DNA of 64,000 bases, taken from NCBI RefSeq assembly GCF_056712565.1, contig NZ_CM160072.1; one strand, 5' to 3'. Shown here in pieces: positions 9,855 through 25,255 of the stretch (its first letter is position 1; each line of letters begins with the position of its first letter). The translations under genes were made by a program, and so were the position numbers. The notes below the pieces were generated by a model that had not been told where the DNA came from, ran no database searches, and was given only the letters and a program-made list of their open reading frames with translations.

Positions 9855-11741
9855 ATGTCTTTTAGCGAATTTTATCAGCGTTCGATTAACGAACCGGAGC
9901 AGTTCTGGGCCGAGCAGGCCCGGCGTATTGACTGGCAGACGCCCTTTACGCAAACGCTCGACCACAGCAACCCGCCGTTTGCCCGTTGGTTTTGTGAAGG
10001 CCGAACCAACTTGTGTCACAACGCTATCGATCGCTGGCTGGAGAAACAGCCAGAGGCGCTGGCATTGATTGCCGTCTCTTCGGAAACAGAGGAAGAGCGT
10101 ACCTTTACCTTTCGTCAGCTGCATGACGAAGTGAACGCGGTGGCCTCAATGTTGCGTTCATTGGGGGTGCAGCGTGGCGATCGGGTGCTGGTGTATATGC
10201 CGATGATTGCCGAAGCGCATATTACTCTGCTGGCCTGCGCGCGTATTGGCGCTATTCACTCGGTGGTGTTTGGTGGATTTGCCTCGCACAGCGTGGCGGC
10301 GCGAATTGATGATGCTAAACCGGTGCTGATTGTCTCGGCTGATGCCGGAGCGCGCGGTGGCAAAATCATTCCCTATAAAAAATTACTCGACGATGCGATA
10401 AGTCAGGCGCAGCATCAGCCGCGCCACGTTTTACTGGTGGATCGCGGACTGGCGAAAATGGCGCGCGTCAGCGGGCGGGATGTCGATTTCGCGTCGTTGC
10501 GCCATCAACACATCGGTGCGCGGGTGCCGGTGGCGTGGCTGGAATCCAACGAAACCTCCTGCATTCTCTACACCTCCGGCACGACCGGCAAACCTAAAGG
10601 TGTGCAGCGTGATGTCGGCGGATATGCGGTGGCGCTGGCGACCTCGATGGACACCATTTTTGGCGGCAAAGCGGGCGGCGTGTTCTTTTGTGCTTCGGAT
10701 ATCGGCTGGGTGGTAGGGCATTCGTATATCGTTTACGCGCCGCTGCTGGCGGGGATGGCGACTATCGTTTACGAAGGATTGCCGACCTGGCCGGACTGCG
10801 GCGTGTGGTGGAAAATTGTCGAGAAATATCAGGTTAGCCGCATGTTCTCAGCGCCGACCGCCATTCGCGTGCTGAAAAAATTCCCTACCGCTGAAATTCG
10901 CAAACACGATCTTTCGTCGCTGGAAGTGCTCTATCTGGCTGGAGAACCGCTGGATGAGCCGACCGCCAGTTGGGTGAGCAATACGCTGGATGTGCCGGTC
11001 ATCGACAACTACTGGCAGACCGAATCCGGCTGGCCGATTATGGCGATTGCTCGCGGTCTGGATGACAGGCCGACGCGTCTGGGAAGCCCCGGCGTGCCGA
11101 TGTATGGCTATAACGTGCAGTTGCTCAATGAAGTCACCGGCGAACCGTGTGGCGTCAATGAGAAAGGGATGCTGGTAGTGGAGGGGCCATTGCCGCCAGG
11201 CTGTATTCAGACCATCTGGGGCGACGACGACCGCTTTGTGAAGACGTACTGGTCGCTGTTTTCCCGTCCGGTGTACGCCACTTTTGACTGGGGCATCCGC
11301 GATGCTGACGGTTATCACTTTATTCTCGGGCGCACTGACGATGTGATTAACGTTGCCGGACATCGGCTGGGTACGCGTGAGATTGAAGAGAGTATCTCCA
11401 GTCATCCGGGCGTTGCCGAAGTGGCGGTGGTTGGGGTGAAAGATGCGCTGAAAGGGCAGGTGGCGGTGGCGTTTGTCATTCCGAAAGAGAGCGACAGTCT
11501 GGAAGACCGTGAGGTGGCGCACTTGCAAGAGAAGGCAATTATGGCGCTGGTAGACAGCCAGATTGGCAACTTTGGCCGCCCGGCGCACGTCTGGTTTGTC
11601 TCGCAATTGCCAAAAACGCGATCCGGAAAAATGCTGCGCCGCACGATCCAGGCGATTTGCGAAGGACGCGATCCTGGGGATCTGACGACCATTGATGATC
11701 CGGCGTCGTTGGATCAGATCCGCCAGGCGATGGAAGAGTAG
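9855..11741 (+). CDS. prpE: Propionyl-CoA synthetase
   Basis: 628-aa ORF, acyl-CoA synthetase AMP-binding motif YTSGTTGKPKG. Confidence 0.92.
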   Translation: MSFSEFYQRSINEPEQFWAEQARRIDWQTPFTQTLDHSNPPFARWFCEGRTNLCHNAIDRWLEKQPEALALIAVSSETEEERTFTFRQLHDEVNAVASMLRSLGVQRGDRVLVYMPMIAEAHITLLACARIGAIHSVVFGGFASHSVAARIDDAKPVLIVSADAGARGGKIIPYKKLLDDAISQAQHQPRHVLLVDRGLAKMARVSGRDVDFASLRHQHIGARVPVAWLESNETSCILYTSGTTGKPKGVQRDVGGYAVALATSMDTIFGGKAGGVFFCASDIGWVVGHSYIVYAPLLAGMATIVYEGLPTWPDCGVWWKIVEKYQVSRMFSAPTAIRVLKKFPTAEIRKHDLSSLEVLYLAGEPLDEPTASWVSNTLDVPVIDNYWQTESGWPIMAIARGLDDRPTRLGSPGVPMYGYNVQLLNEVTGEPCGVNEKGMLVVEGPLPPGCIQTIWGDDDRFVKTYWSLFSRPVYATFDWGIRDADGYHFILGRTDDVINVAGHRLGTREIEESISSHPGVAEVAVVGVKDALKGQVAVAFVIPKESDSLEDREVAHLQEKAIMALVDSQIGNFGRPAHVWFVSQLPKTRSGKMLRRTIQAICEGRDPGDLTTIDDPASLDQIRQAMEE

Positions 11742-11914
11742 GTCGGATAAGGCGCTCGCGCCGCATCCGACACCGTGCGCAGATGCCTGATGCGACGCTG
11801 ACGCGTCTTATCATGCCTACAGGCCTGAACCGTAGGTCGGATAAGGCGCTCGCGCCGCATCCGACACCATGCGCAGATGCCTGATGCGACGCTGACGCGT
11901 CTTATCATGCCTAC
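11741..11914. repeat. BIME/REP cluster: about 1.85 tandem copies of a 94-bp unit containing paired REP sequences
   Basis: ggtcggataaggcgctcgcgccgcatccgaca...gcctgatgcgacgctgacgcgtcttatcatgcctac repeated with one mismatch. Confidence 0.8.
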
Positions 11915-11983
11915 CCACTGTTTTTACACAGATAAGTTTCCCCCGCCTTTTTGCACTCATTCATATAAAAAATATATCCCCCT

Positions 11984-11999
11984 ACGAAAACGATTGCTT
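11984..11999 (+). promoter_or_regulatory. PurR-box-like site upstream of codB
   Basis: acgaaaacgattgctt matches 13/16 of the PurR operator consensus ACGCAAACGTTTGCGT; codBA is a known PurR target. Confidence 0.3.
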
Positions 12000-12065
12000 T
12001 TTATCTTCAGATGAATAGAATGCGGCGGATTTTTTGGGTTTCAAACAGCAAAAAGGGGGAATTTC

Positions 12066-13325
12066 GTGTCGCAAGATAACAACTTTAGCCAGGGGCCAGT
12101 CCCGCAGTCGGCGCGGAAAGGGGTATTGGCATTGACGTTCGTCATGCTGGGATTAACCTTCTTTTCCGCCAGTATGTGGACCGGCGGCACTCTCGGAACC
12201 GGTCTTAGCTATCATGATTTCTTCCTCGCAGTTCTCATCGGTAATCTTCTCCTCGGTATTTACACTTCATTTCTTGGTTACATTGGCGCAAAAACCGGCC
12301 TGACCACCCATCTTCTTGCTCGCTTCTCGTTTGGTGTTAAAGGCTCATGGTTGCCTTCACTGCTGCTGGGCGGCACCCAGGTTGGCTGGTTTGGCGTTGG
12401 CGTGGCGATGTTTTCTATTCCGGTGGGCAAGGCAACCGGGCTGGATATTAATTTGCTGATTGCCGTCTCCGGTTTACTGATGACCGTCACCGTCTTCTTT
12501 GGCATTTCGGCGCTGACGGTTCTTTCGGTGATTGCGGTTCCGGCTATCGCCTGCCTTGGCGGTTATTCCGTGTGGCTGGCCGTTAACGGCATGGGCGGCC
12601 TGGACGTATTAAAAGCGGTCGTTCCCGCACAACCGTTAGATTTCAATGTCGCGCTGGCGCTGGTTGTGGGGTCATTCATCAGTGCGGGTACGCTCACCGC
12701 TGACTTTGTCCGGTTTGGTCGCAATGCCAAACTGGCGGTGCTGGTGGCGATGGTGGCCTTTTTCCTCGGCAACTCGTTGATGTTTATTTTCGGTGCAGCG
12801 GGCGCTGCGGCACTGGGGATGGCGGATATCTCTGATGTGATGATTGCTCAGGGCCTGCTGCTGCCTGCGATTGTGGTGCTGGGGCTGAATATCTGGACCA
12901 CCAACGATAACGCGCTCTATGCGTCGGGTTTAGGTTTCGCCAACATTACCGGTATGTCGAGCAAAACCCTTTCGGTGATTAACGGTATTATCGGTACGGT
13001 CTGCGCATTATGGCTGTATAACAATTTTGTCGGCTGGTTGACCTTCCTTTCGGCAGCTATTCCTCCAGTGGGCGGCGTGATCATCGCTGATTATCTGATG
13101 AACCGTCGCCGCTATGAGCACTTTGCGACCACGCGTATGATGAGTGTCAATTGGGTGGCGATTCTGGCGGTCGCGCTGGGGATTGCCGCAGGCCACTGGT
13201 TACCGGGAATTGTTCCGGTCAACGCGGTATTAGGTGGCGCGCTGAGCTATCTGATCCTTAACCCGATTTTGAATCGTAAAACGACAGCAGCAATGACGCA
13301 TGTGGAGGCTAACAGTGTCGAATAA
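12066..13325 (+). CDS. codB: Cytosine permease (NCS1 family)
   Basis: 419-aa multi-TM ORF with GTG start; overlaps codA by 11 bp. Confidence 0.9.
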   Translation: MSQDNNFSQGPVPQSARKGVLALTFVMLGLTFFSASMWTGGTLGTGLSYHDFFLAVLIGNLLLGIYTSFLGYIGAKTGLTTHLLARFSFGVKGSWLPSLLLGGTQVGWFGVGVAMFSIPVGKATGLDINLLIAVSGLLMTVTVFFGISALTVLSVIAVPAIACLGGYSVWLAVNGMGGLDVLKAVVPAQPLDFNVALALVVGSFISAGTLTADFVRFGRNAKLAVLVAMVAFFLGNSLMFIFGAAGAAALGMADISDVMIAQGLLLPAIVVLGLNIWTTNDNALYASGLGFANITGMSSKTLSVINGIIGTVCALWLYNNFVGWLTFLSAAIPPVGGVIIADYLMNRRRYEHFATTRMMSVNWVAILAVALGIAAGHWLPGIVPVNAVLGGALSYLILNPILNRKTTAAMTHVEANSVE

Positions 13326-14598
13326 TGCTTTACAAACAATTATTAACGCCCAGTTACCCGGCAAAGAGGGGCTGTGGCAGATTCATCTTCACGACGGAAA
13401 AATCAGCGCCATTGATGCGCAATCCGGGGTGATGCCCGTAACTGAAAACAGCCTGGATGCCGAACAAGGTTTAGTTTTACCGCCGTTTGTGGAGCCGCAT
13501 ATTCACCTGGACACCACGCAAACCGCCGGACAACCGAACTGGAATCAGTCCGGCACGCTGTTTGAAGGCATTGAACGCTGGGCCGAGCGCAAAGCGTTAT
13601 TAACTCATGACGATGTGAAACAACGCGCATGGCAAACGCTGAAATGGCAGATTGCCAACGGCATTCAGCATGTGCGTACCCATGTCGATGTCTCCGACGC
13701 AACGCTGACTGCGTTGAAAGCGATGCTGGAAGTGAAACAGGAAGTTGCGCCGTGGATTGATCTGCAAATCGTCGCCTTCCCGCAGGAAGGGATTTTGTCG
13801 TATCCCAACGGTGAAGCGTTGCTGGAAGAGGCGCTACGCTTAGGGGCAGATGTTGTTGGGGCGATTCCGCATTTTGAATTTACCCGTGAATACGGCGTGG
13901 AGTCGCTGCATAAAACCTTCGCCCTGGCGCAAAAATACGACCGTCTCATCGACGTTCACTGTGATGAGATCGATGACGAGCAGTCGCGCTTTGTCGAAAC
14001 CGTTGCTGCCCTGGCGCACCGTGAAGGCATGGGCGCGCGAGTCACCGCTAGCCATACTACGGCAATGCACTCCTATAACGGGGCGTATACTTCGCGCCTG
14101 TTCCGTTTGCTGAAAATGTCCGGTATTAACTTTGTCGCCAACCCGTTGGTCAATATTCATCTGCAAGGACGTTTCGATACGTATCCAAAACGTCGCGGCA
14201 TCACGCGCGTTAAAGAGATGCTGGAGTCCGGCATTAACGTCTGCTTTGGTCACGATGATGTCTTCGATCCGTGGTATCCGCTGGGAACGGCGAATATGCT
14301 GCAAGTGCTGCATATGGGGCTGCATGTTTGCCAGCTGATGGGCTACGGGCAGATTAACGACGGCCTGAATTTAATCACCCACCACAGCGCCAGGACGTTG
14401 AATTTGCAGGATTACGGCATTGCCGCCGGAAACAGCGCCAACCTGATTATCCTGCCGGCTGAAAATGGGTTTGATGCGCTGCGCCGTCAGGTTCCGGTAC
14501 GTTATTCGGTACGTGGCGGCAAGGTGATTGCCAGCACACAACCGGCACAAACCACCGTATATCTGGAGCAGCCAGAAGCCATCGATTACAAACGGTAA
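13315..14598 (+). CDS. codA: Cytosine deaminase
   Basis: GTG start at VSNNALQ (track ORF starts 5 codons upstream); amidohydrolase metal-binding HIHLD motif. Confidence 0.9.
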   Translation: MSNNALQTIINAQLPGKEGLWQIHLHDGKISAIDAQSGVMPVTENSLDAEQGLVLPPFVEPHIHLDTTQTAGQPNWNQSGTLFEGIERWAERKALLTHDDVKQRAWQTLKWQIANGIQHVRTHVDVSDATLTALKAMLEVKQEVAPWIDLQIVAFPQEGILSYPNGEALLEEALRLGADVVGAIPHFEFTREYGVESLHKTFALAQKYDRLIDVHCDEIDDEQSRFVETVAALAHREGMGARVTASHTTAMHSYNGAYTSRLFRLLKMSGINFVANPLVNIHLQGRFDTYPKRRGITRVKEMLESGINVCFGHDDVFDPWYPLGTANMLQVLHMGLHVCQLMGYGQINDGLNLITHHSARTLNLQDYGIAAGNSANLIILPAENGFDALRRQVPVRYSVRGGKVIASTQPAQTTVYLEQPEAIDYKR

Positions 14599-14625
14599 TC
14601 GGCTGGGTTACCGCGAGCGTAGTTT

Positions 14626-14707
14626 ATGCCGGATGCGGCGTGAACACCTTATCCGGCCTACGTAGATCTCTGAAATTGTAGGCCTGATAAGCGGAGCGCA
14701 TCAGGCA
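14626..14707. repeat. REP pair between codA and lacA
   Basis: atgccggatgcggcgtgaacaccttatccggcctac and inverted tgtaggcctgataagcggagcgcatcaggca. Confidence 0.8.
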
Positions 14708-14718
14708 ATTTTGCTTAT

Positions 14719-15330
14719 TTAAACTGAAGACTCAACTTTAAAATCTTTGAAATAATATTGCTTATCCCGGTCGTTTATTTCGCGAATAACCCGACAAGGA
14801 ACGCCAGCAGCCACGACGTTTGGTGGAATGTCTTTTGTGACGACACTACCCGCGCCAATAACAGAATTATCCCCGATGGTGACGCCTGGATTAATAACCA
14901 CATGACTTCCGATCCAGACGTTATTGCCAATCGTTATCGGAAAAGAGTACATCTCTCCGTTTTTTCTCAATTCATGGTGTACCGGGTGTCCCGTAACGGA
15001 AAGAGTAACGTTGGGTGCAATCAGTACGTTATCACCGATCGTTACCGTGTAGTCGTCGACAATGGTTAAATTGAAATTTGCATAAAAATTGCGGCCTATA
15101 TAGATGTTGGAACCGTAAGAGAAATAGACGGGGGGTTCTACCCAGGCGTTTTCCCCTACCGTGGCAAACATTTCTTTAATCAGACTTTCTCTTTTATCAA
15201 CTTCTGATGGATGCGAGTGATTAAACTCATACATTAACGTTTTTCCACGAAGTCTTTTTTCAGGTAAGCCTTCGCACATATCGGTAAATAGCTTGCCTGC
15301 TTTTATTCTTTCTGTCATCGACATGTTCAT
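14719..15330 (-). CDS. lacA: Galactoside O-acetyltransferase
   Basis: Start at MNMSMTERIKAGK; hexapeptide-repeat acetyltransferase; track ORF is extended 17 codons by read-through of a REP element. Confidence 0.9.
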   Translation of the reverse strand: MNMSMTERIKAGKLFTDMCEGLPEKRLRGKTLMYEFNHSHPSEVDKRESLIKEMFATVGENAWVEPPVYFSYGSNIYIGRNFYANFNLTIVDDYTVTIGDNVLIAPNVTLSVTGHPVHHELRKNGEMYSFPITIGNNVWIGSHVVINPGVTIGDNSVIGAGSVVTKDIPPNVVAAGVPCRVIREINDRDKQYYFKDFKVESSV

Positions 15331-15354
15331 TGCGATCATTCCGCCCTGATATGT

Positions 15355-15390
15355 TGGTCGGATAAGGCGCTCGCGCCGCATCCGACATTG
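15355..15390. repeat. REP element between lacY and lacA
   Basis: ggtcggataaggcgctcgcgccgcatccgaca. Confidence 0.75.
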
Positions 15391-15395
15391 ATTGC

Positions 15396-16694
<1,299 letters not shown>

Positions 16695-16700
16695 TTATTA

Positions 16701-19813
<3,113 letters not shown>

Positions 19814-19819
19814 TCACAC

Positions 19820-19849
19820 AACATACGAGCCGGACACATAGAGTGTAAA
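19820..19849 (-). promoter_or_regulatory. lacZYA promoter (-35 TTTACA, 18-bp spacer, -10 TATGTT)
   Basis: Sense strand tttacactctatgtgtccggctcgtatgtt; hexamers identical to lacP, three spacer substitutions versus K-12. Confidence 0.85.
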
Positions 19850-19861
19850 GACTGGGGTGCC

Positions 19862-19885
19862 TAATGAGTGAGCTGACTCACATTA
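19862..19885 (-). promoter_or_regulatory. CRP (CAP) binding site of lac promoter
   Basis: Sense strand taatgtgagtcagctcactcatta; TGTGA and TCAC half-sites retained, central T to C change versus K-12. Confidence 0.8.
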
Positions 19886-19906
19886 ATTGTGTTGCGCTCA
19901 CTGCCC
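19886..19906 (-). promoter_or_regulatory. lac auxiliary operator O3 overlapping lacI 3' end
   Basis: Sense strand ggcagtgagcgcaacacaatt (K-12 ggcagtgagcgcaacgcaatt). Confidence 0.7.
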
Positions 19907-20980
19907 GCTTTCCAGTCGGGAAACTTGTCGTGCCAGCTGCATTAATGAATCGGCCAACGCGCGGGGAGAGGCGGTTTGCGTATTGGGCGGAAGGGTGGTT
20001 TTTCTTTTCACCAGTGAGACGGGCAACAGCTGATTGCCCTTCACCGCCTGGCCCTGAGAGAGTTGCAGCAAGCGGTCCACGCTGGTTTGCCCCAGCAGGC
20101 GAAAATCCTGTTTGATGGTGGTTAACGGCGGGATATAACACGAGCTGTCTTCGGTATCGTCGTATCCCACTACCGAGATATCCGCACCAACGCGCAGCCC
20201 GGACTCGGTAATGGCGCGCATTGCGCCCAGCGCCATCTGATCGTTGGCAACCAGCATCGCAGTGGGAACGATGCCCTCATTTAGCATTTGCATGGTTTGT
20301 TGAAAACCGGACATGGCACTCCAGTCGCCTTCCCGTTCCGCTATCGGCTGAATTTGATTGCGTGTGAGATATTTATGCCAGCCTGCCAGACGCAGACGCG
20401 CCGAGACAGAACTTAATGGGCCTGCTAACAGCGCGATTTGCTGGTGACCCAATGCGACCAGGTGCTCCACGCCCAGTCGCGTACCGTCTTCATGGGAGAA
20501 AATAATACTGTTGATGGGAGTCTGGTCAGAGACATCAAGAAATAACGCCGGAACATTAGCGCAGGCAGCTTCCACAGCAATGGCATCCTGGTCATCCAGC
20601 GGATAGTTAATGATCAGCCCACTGACGCGTTGCGCGAGAAGATTGTGCACCGCCGCTTTACAGGCTTCGACGCCGCTTCGTTCTACCATCGACACCACCA
20701 CGCTGGCACCCAGTTGATCGGCGCGAGATTTTATCGCCGCAACAATTTGCGACGGCGCGTGCAGGGCCAGACTGGAGGTGGCAACGCCAATCAGCAACGA
20801 CTGTTTGCCCGCCAGTTGTTGTGCCACGCGGTTGGGAATGTAATTCAGCTCCGCCATCGCCGCTTCCACTTTTTCCCGCGTTTTCGCAGAAACGTGGCAG
20901 GCCTGGTTCACCACGCGGGAAACGGTCTGATAAGAGACACCGGCATACTCTGCGACATCGTATAGCGTTACTGGTTTCAC
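19898..20980 (-). CDS. lacI: Lactose operon repressor
   Basis: GTG start at VKPVTLYDVAEYAGVSYQTVSRVVNQ, ends RLESGQ; 360 aa; track ORF extends 3 codons upstream. Confidence 0.95.
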   Translation of the reverse strand: MKPVTLYDVAEYAGVSYQTVSRVVNQACHVSAKTREKVEAAMAELNYIPNRVAQQLAGKQSLLIGVATSSLALHAPSQIVAAIKSRADQLGASVVVSMVERSGVEACKAAVHNLLAQRVSGLIINYPLDDQDAIAVEAACANVPALFLDVSDQTPINSIIFSHEDGTRLGVEHLVALGHQQIALLAGPLSSVSARLRLAGWHKYLTRNQIQPIAEREGDWSAMSGFQQTMQMLNEGIVPTAMLVANDQMALGAMRAITESGLRVGADISVVGYDDTEDSSCYIPPLTTIKQDFRLLGQTSVDRLLQLSQGQAVKGNQLLPVSLVKRKTTLPPNTQTASPRALADSLMQLARQVSRLESGQ

Positions 20981-21181
20981 ATTCACCACCCTGAATTGAC
21001 TCTCTTCCGGGCGCTATCATGCCATACCGCGAAAGGTTTTGCGCCATTCGGCGAGGCTGACGCCGAAGTGAGATTTAAAATGCTGACGCCAGGTCACAGG
21101 TGAGAGAAAACCCACGCCAATACACCTACGGCGTTTACAGGTATACTCGCTAAAAATTATTCAGCGGGTTTGGAAACAAAG

Positions 21182-21721
21182 ATGGCAAAACTTACCTTAC
21201 AAGAGCAGTTGCTCAAAGCGGGACTAGTCACCAGCAAAAAAGCGGCGAAGGTGGAGAGAACGGCGAAAAAATCGCGCGTTCAGGCGCGTGAAGCTCGGGC
21301 TGCGGTAGAAGAAAATAAAAAGGCACAGCTTGAGCGTGATAAACAGCTTAGCGAACAGCAAAAACAAGCGGCGTTGGCGAAAGAATATAAAGCCCAGGTG
21401 AAGCAGCTCATTGAAATGAACCGAATCACCATTGCCAATGGCGATATTGGTTTTAACTTCACTGACGGCAATCTGATTAAGAAGATTTTTGTCGATAAGC
21501 TCACACAGGCGCAGTTGATTAATGGTCGTCTGGCGATTGCTCGCTTGTTGGTCGATAACAATAGCGAAGGTGAATACGCCATTATTCCCGCCAGCGTTGC
21601 CGATAAAATTGCTCAGCGTGATGCCAGCAGTATTGTGTTGCACAGCGCGCTCAGCGCCGAAGAGCAGGATGAAGACGATCCGTATGCCGACTTCAAAGTG
21701 CCTGATGATTTGATGTGGTAA
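21182..21721 (+). CDS. yaiL: DUF2058-family protein
   Basis: Start at MAKLTLQEQLLKAGL inside a TTG-initiated ORF; lysine/glutamine-rich charged protein, 179 aa. Confidence 0.75.
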   Translation: MAKLTLQEQLLKAGLVTSKKAAKVERTAKKSRVQAREARAAVEENKKAQLERDKQLSEQQKQAALAKEYKAQVKQLIEMNRITIANGDIGFNFTDGNLIKKIFVDKLTQAQLINGRLAIARLLVDNNSEGEYAIIPASVADKIAQRDASSIVLHSALSAEEQDEDDPYADFKVPDDLMW

Positions 21722-21729
21722 ACATAGAT

Positions 21730-21946
<217 letters not shown>

Positions 21947-22780
21947 TCAACGCATATTCAGTTTATTGGCGTGGTACGCAATATGCTCGCCAATAAAACT
22001 GGAGACAAAATAATAGCTGTGATCATAACCCTCGTGATAACGGATTAACGTCTTGATATTCATCTCCTGGCAGATCTTTTCAAGATTTGGAGTCCGCAGC
22101 TGTTCTGCGTAAAAATCATCACTCAATCCCTGATCAACCATGATTTCCGCAACGCGTTGACCTTGTGAAATAAGACTCACCGGGTCGTAATCCAACCAGG
22201 CATCTTTATTTTCACCAAGATATGCGGCAAAGGCTTGCTGTCCCCACGGTACTTGCGATGGGGAGACAATGGGCGAAAACGCCGAGACGCTGACATATTC
22301 ATCTGGGTTACGTAACGCCAGCACCAGCGCGCCCAGCCCGCCCATAGAATGACCTGAGATAGACTTTCTGGCCGTTGCTGGAAAATGATGCATCACTAAA
22401 TTCGGCAGCTCGTTGCGGATATAGTCATACATTTTGTAATGTTCATTCCACGGCGCTTGCGTCGCGTTCAGGTAAAACCCGGCACCTTGCCCGAGATCGT
22501 AACGGTCAGCATCTGCGACATGACTGCCTCGCGGACTGGTGTCCGGCGCAACAACAATAATGTTGTGCTCAGCCGCGTAACGCTGCATCCCCGATTTAGT
22601 AATGAAATTCTGCTCGTTGCAGGTCAGGCCTGAAAGCCAGTACAACACCGGCAATTTTTCATTCTCGGCTTTTGGTGGGAGATAGACGCCGACATTCATT
22701 TCACATTTCAGTGATTGGGAATAATGCCGATACACATTTTGCCAGCCGCCAAAGCTGGCATGTTTTTCAATGAGTTCCAT
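21947..22780 (-). CDS. frmB: S-formylglutathione hydrolase
   Basis: 277-aa esterase D family with GHSMGG nucleophile elbow. Confidence 0.9.
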   Translation of the reverse strand: MELIEKHASFGGWQNVYRHYSQSLKCEMNVGVYLPPKAENEKLPVLYWLSGLTCNEQNFITKSGMQRYAAEHNIIVVAPDTSPRGSHVADADRYDLGQGAGFYLNATQAPWNEHYKMYDYIRNELPNLVMHHFPATARKSISGHSMGGLGALVLALRNPDEYVSVSAFSPIVSPSQVPWGQQAFAAYLGENKDAWLDYDPVSLISQGQRVAEIMVDQGLSDDFYAEQLRTPNLEKICQEMNIKTLIRYHEGYDHSYYFVSSFIGEHIAYHANKLNMR

Positions 22781-22872
22781 CAGTCATTATCTCACGGTTA
22801 ATCCCCCGGACGGCTGCCCGGGGAGAGTATTAAGAACCCCATCTGAACTGGACGGGGTAAACCAGCGGGAAA

Positions 22873-24012
<1,140 letters not shown>

Positions 24013-24016
24013 TCAG

Positions 24017-24292
24017 CTATTTAAGATAGGCACGAACCAGTTCAATAGTGTCGTCAACGGATTGGCTGACTTCGCGGCTGTAGCAGTCATTTCGGTCAAA
24101 CGTTTCCCGGATATGGCTTTCAAGCACTTCTGCCATCAGTCCGTTAGCCGCGCCCCGAACGGCAGCGATCTGTTGGAGTATGGCACGGCATTCGGCATCA
24201 CCCTCCAGCGACCGTTCCAGAGCATCAATCTGCCCCCGAATACGACGAACTCGAGTAAGGACCTTTTTCTTCTCTTCCGGAGTACTGGGCAT
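24017..24292 (-). CDS. frmR: Formaldehyde-responsive repressor (CsoR/RcnR family)
   Basis: Start at [21 protein letters not shown]; 91 aa; track ORF has 7 extra N-terminal codons. Confidence 0.85.
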
Positions 24293-24318
24293 TTCGCACC
24301 TCATCATCTGCACGCAAT

Positions 24319-24367
24319 ATACTATAGGGGGGTATGCTATATGTCAATGCATACCCCCCTATAGTAT
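24319..24367 (-). promoter_or_regulatory. frmRAB operator: perfect 19-bp inverted repeat with G6/C6 tracts
   Basis: atactataggggggtatgc - 11 bp - gcatacccccctatagtat, 27 bp upstream of frmR start; G/C tract flanked by AT-rich inverted repeats is the RcnR/FrmR-type site architecture. Confidence 0.75.
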
Positions 24368-24480
24368 ATAACACTGGAGAATAAAATTTATCCGGTGAAT
24401 GTAGTCGGAAAACAAAGAGGAAAGGGGATAGGGGCTAATCGGCAGGGAAGGCCGCCCCGGATAGCGGGCGGCAGAAGGAA

Positions 24481-25254
24481 TCAGAATTTCCAGGTCAGAT
24501 GGGCTGCAAGTTGCAGACCGTTATAATCATCGGTTGGGGTGTCGTACCACACTTTACCTGCCGTCAACCCGAGATTAAGTTGCTCAGTCAGCGGTTGAAT
24601 ACGTTGCAAACTGATGCTCTTCATGCTGCCGTAGCGTGTTTCTGGCGTCCAGTCGTAGGTGTAAGCACCTGTTCCGCGGCTTAGCCATAGTTGCGTGTAA
24701 CCAGTGCCGCGCGGGTCATTCAGACGCACGGAAATCATATTGCTGTAACTACCACCTGCATCGCTGGAGTCATAATGGGTATAGCGATAGCTGGTGATCA
24801 CCGGGCCAGTATAGAGTGATATGCCACCTTGCCAGGCATCGACTTCGACATCATCGTAATATTTAGTGTAGCGATAACCGGTCGTGAAAAGCGTTTTTGG
24901 CAACAGGGCCAGGTTAATATCCTGACGAAAATCCTGGCGGGCAAAGACCGGCGTATTATCCGCAAAGGCAATACCCGTTCGGGTTGTCAGCCAGTTATTC
25001 CATTTGTACCAGACTGCACCCTGGCCGCGAGTGGCATTGAAATGTTCAGTTTCATAATCACGACGCCCCTGGGAAAGATTAAAAAGCAGCGTTGCGTTTT
25101 CAACTTTCGCCACCAGTTCAGCATACGCTAAATTACGGTTGCCATGATCGCCAGAATAATCGGTAAAATCGTAGCCCGCGGTAATGGAAGTTAACCCGGC
25201 ATAAACGGGTAATGCGCTAAAAATTGCCGCCGCTAATAACGTCCGTTTTATCAT
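24481..25254 (-). CDS. yaiO: Outer-membrane beta-barrel protein
   Basis: 257 aa; signal peptide MIKRTLLAAAIFSALPVYA; alternating aromatic/polar strands; C-terminal TWKF. Confidence 0.75.
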   Translation of the reverse strand: MIKRTLLAAAIFSALPVYAGLTSITAGYDFTDYSGDHGNRNLAYAELVAKVENATLLFNLSQGRRDYETEHFNATRGQGAVWYKWNNWLTTRTGIAFADNTPVFARQDFRQDINLALLPKTLFTTGYRYTKYYDDVEVDAWQGGISLYTGPVITSYRYTHYDSSDAGGSYSNMISVRLNDPRGTGYTQLWLSRGTGAYTYDWTPETRYGSMKSISLQRIQPLTEQLNLGLTAGKVWYDTPTDDYNGLQLAAHLTWKF

Positions 25255-25255
25255 T

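Noticed and set aside
10848-11606. 252-aa ORF on the minus strand inside prpE, and similar long antisense ORFs at 9444-10124, 7584-8243, 13840-14325, 48199-48954, 52518-53051 and 23134-23976
   Set aside because: Each lies antisense to a strongly supported, conserved gene in GC-rich coding DNA, where long spurious antisense frames are expected; none has a recognisable domain or RBS.
14719-15381. Longer lacA ORF (220 aa) starting at 15381
   Set aside because: The extra N-terminal codons (MRRERLIRPT...) are the translation of a REP element seen in several other places; the true start is at MNMSMT (15330).
20658-21047. 129-aa minus-strand ORF overlapping the lacI start and promoter
   Set aside because: Out of frame with lacI, covers the lacI promoter, and has no homology-like features; an artefact of the open-frame scan.
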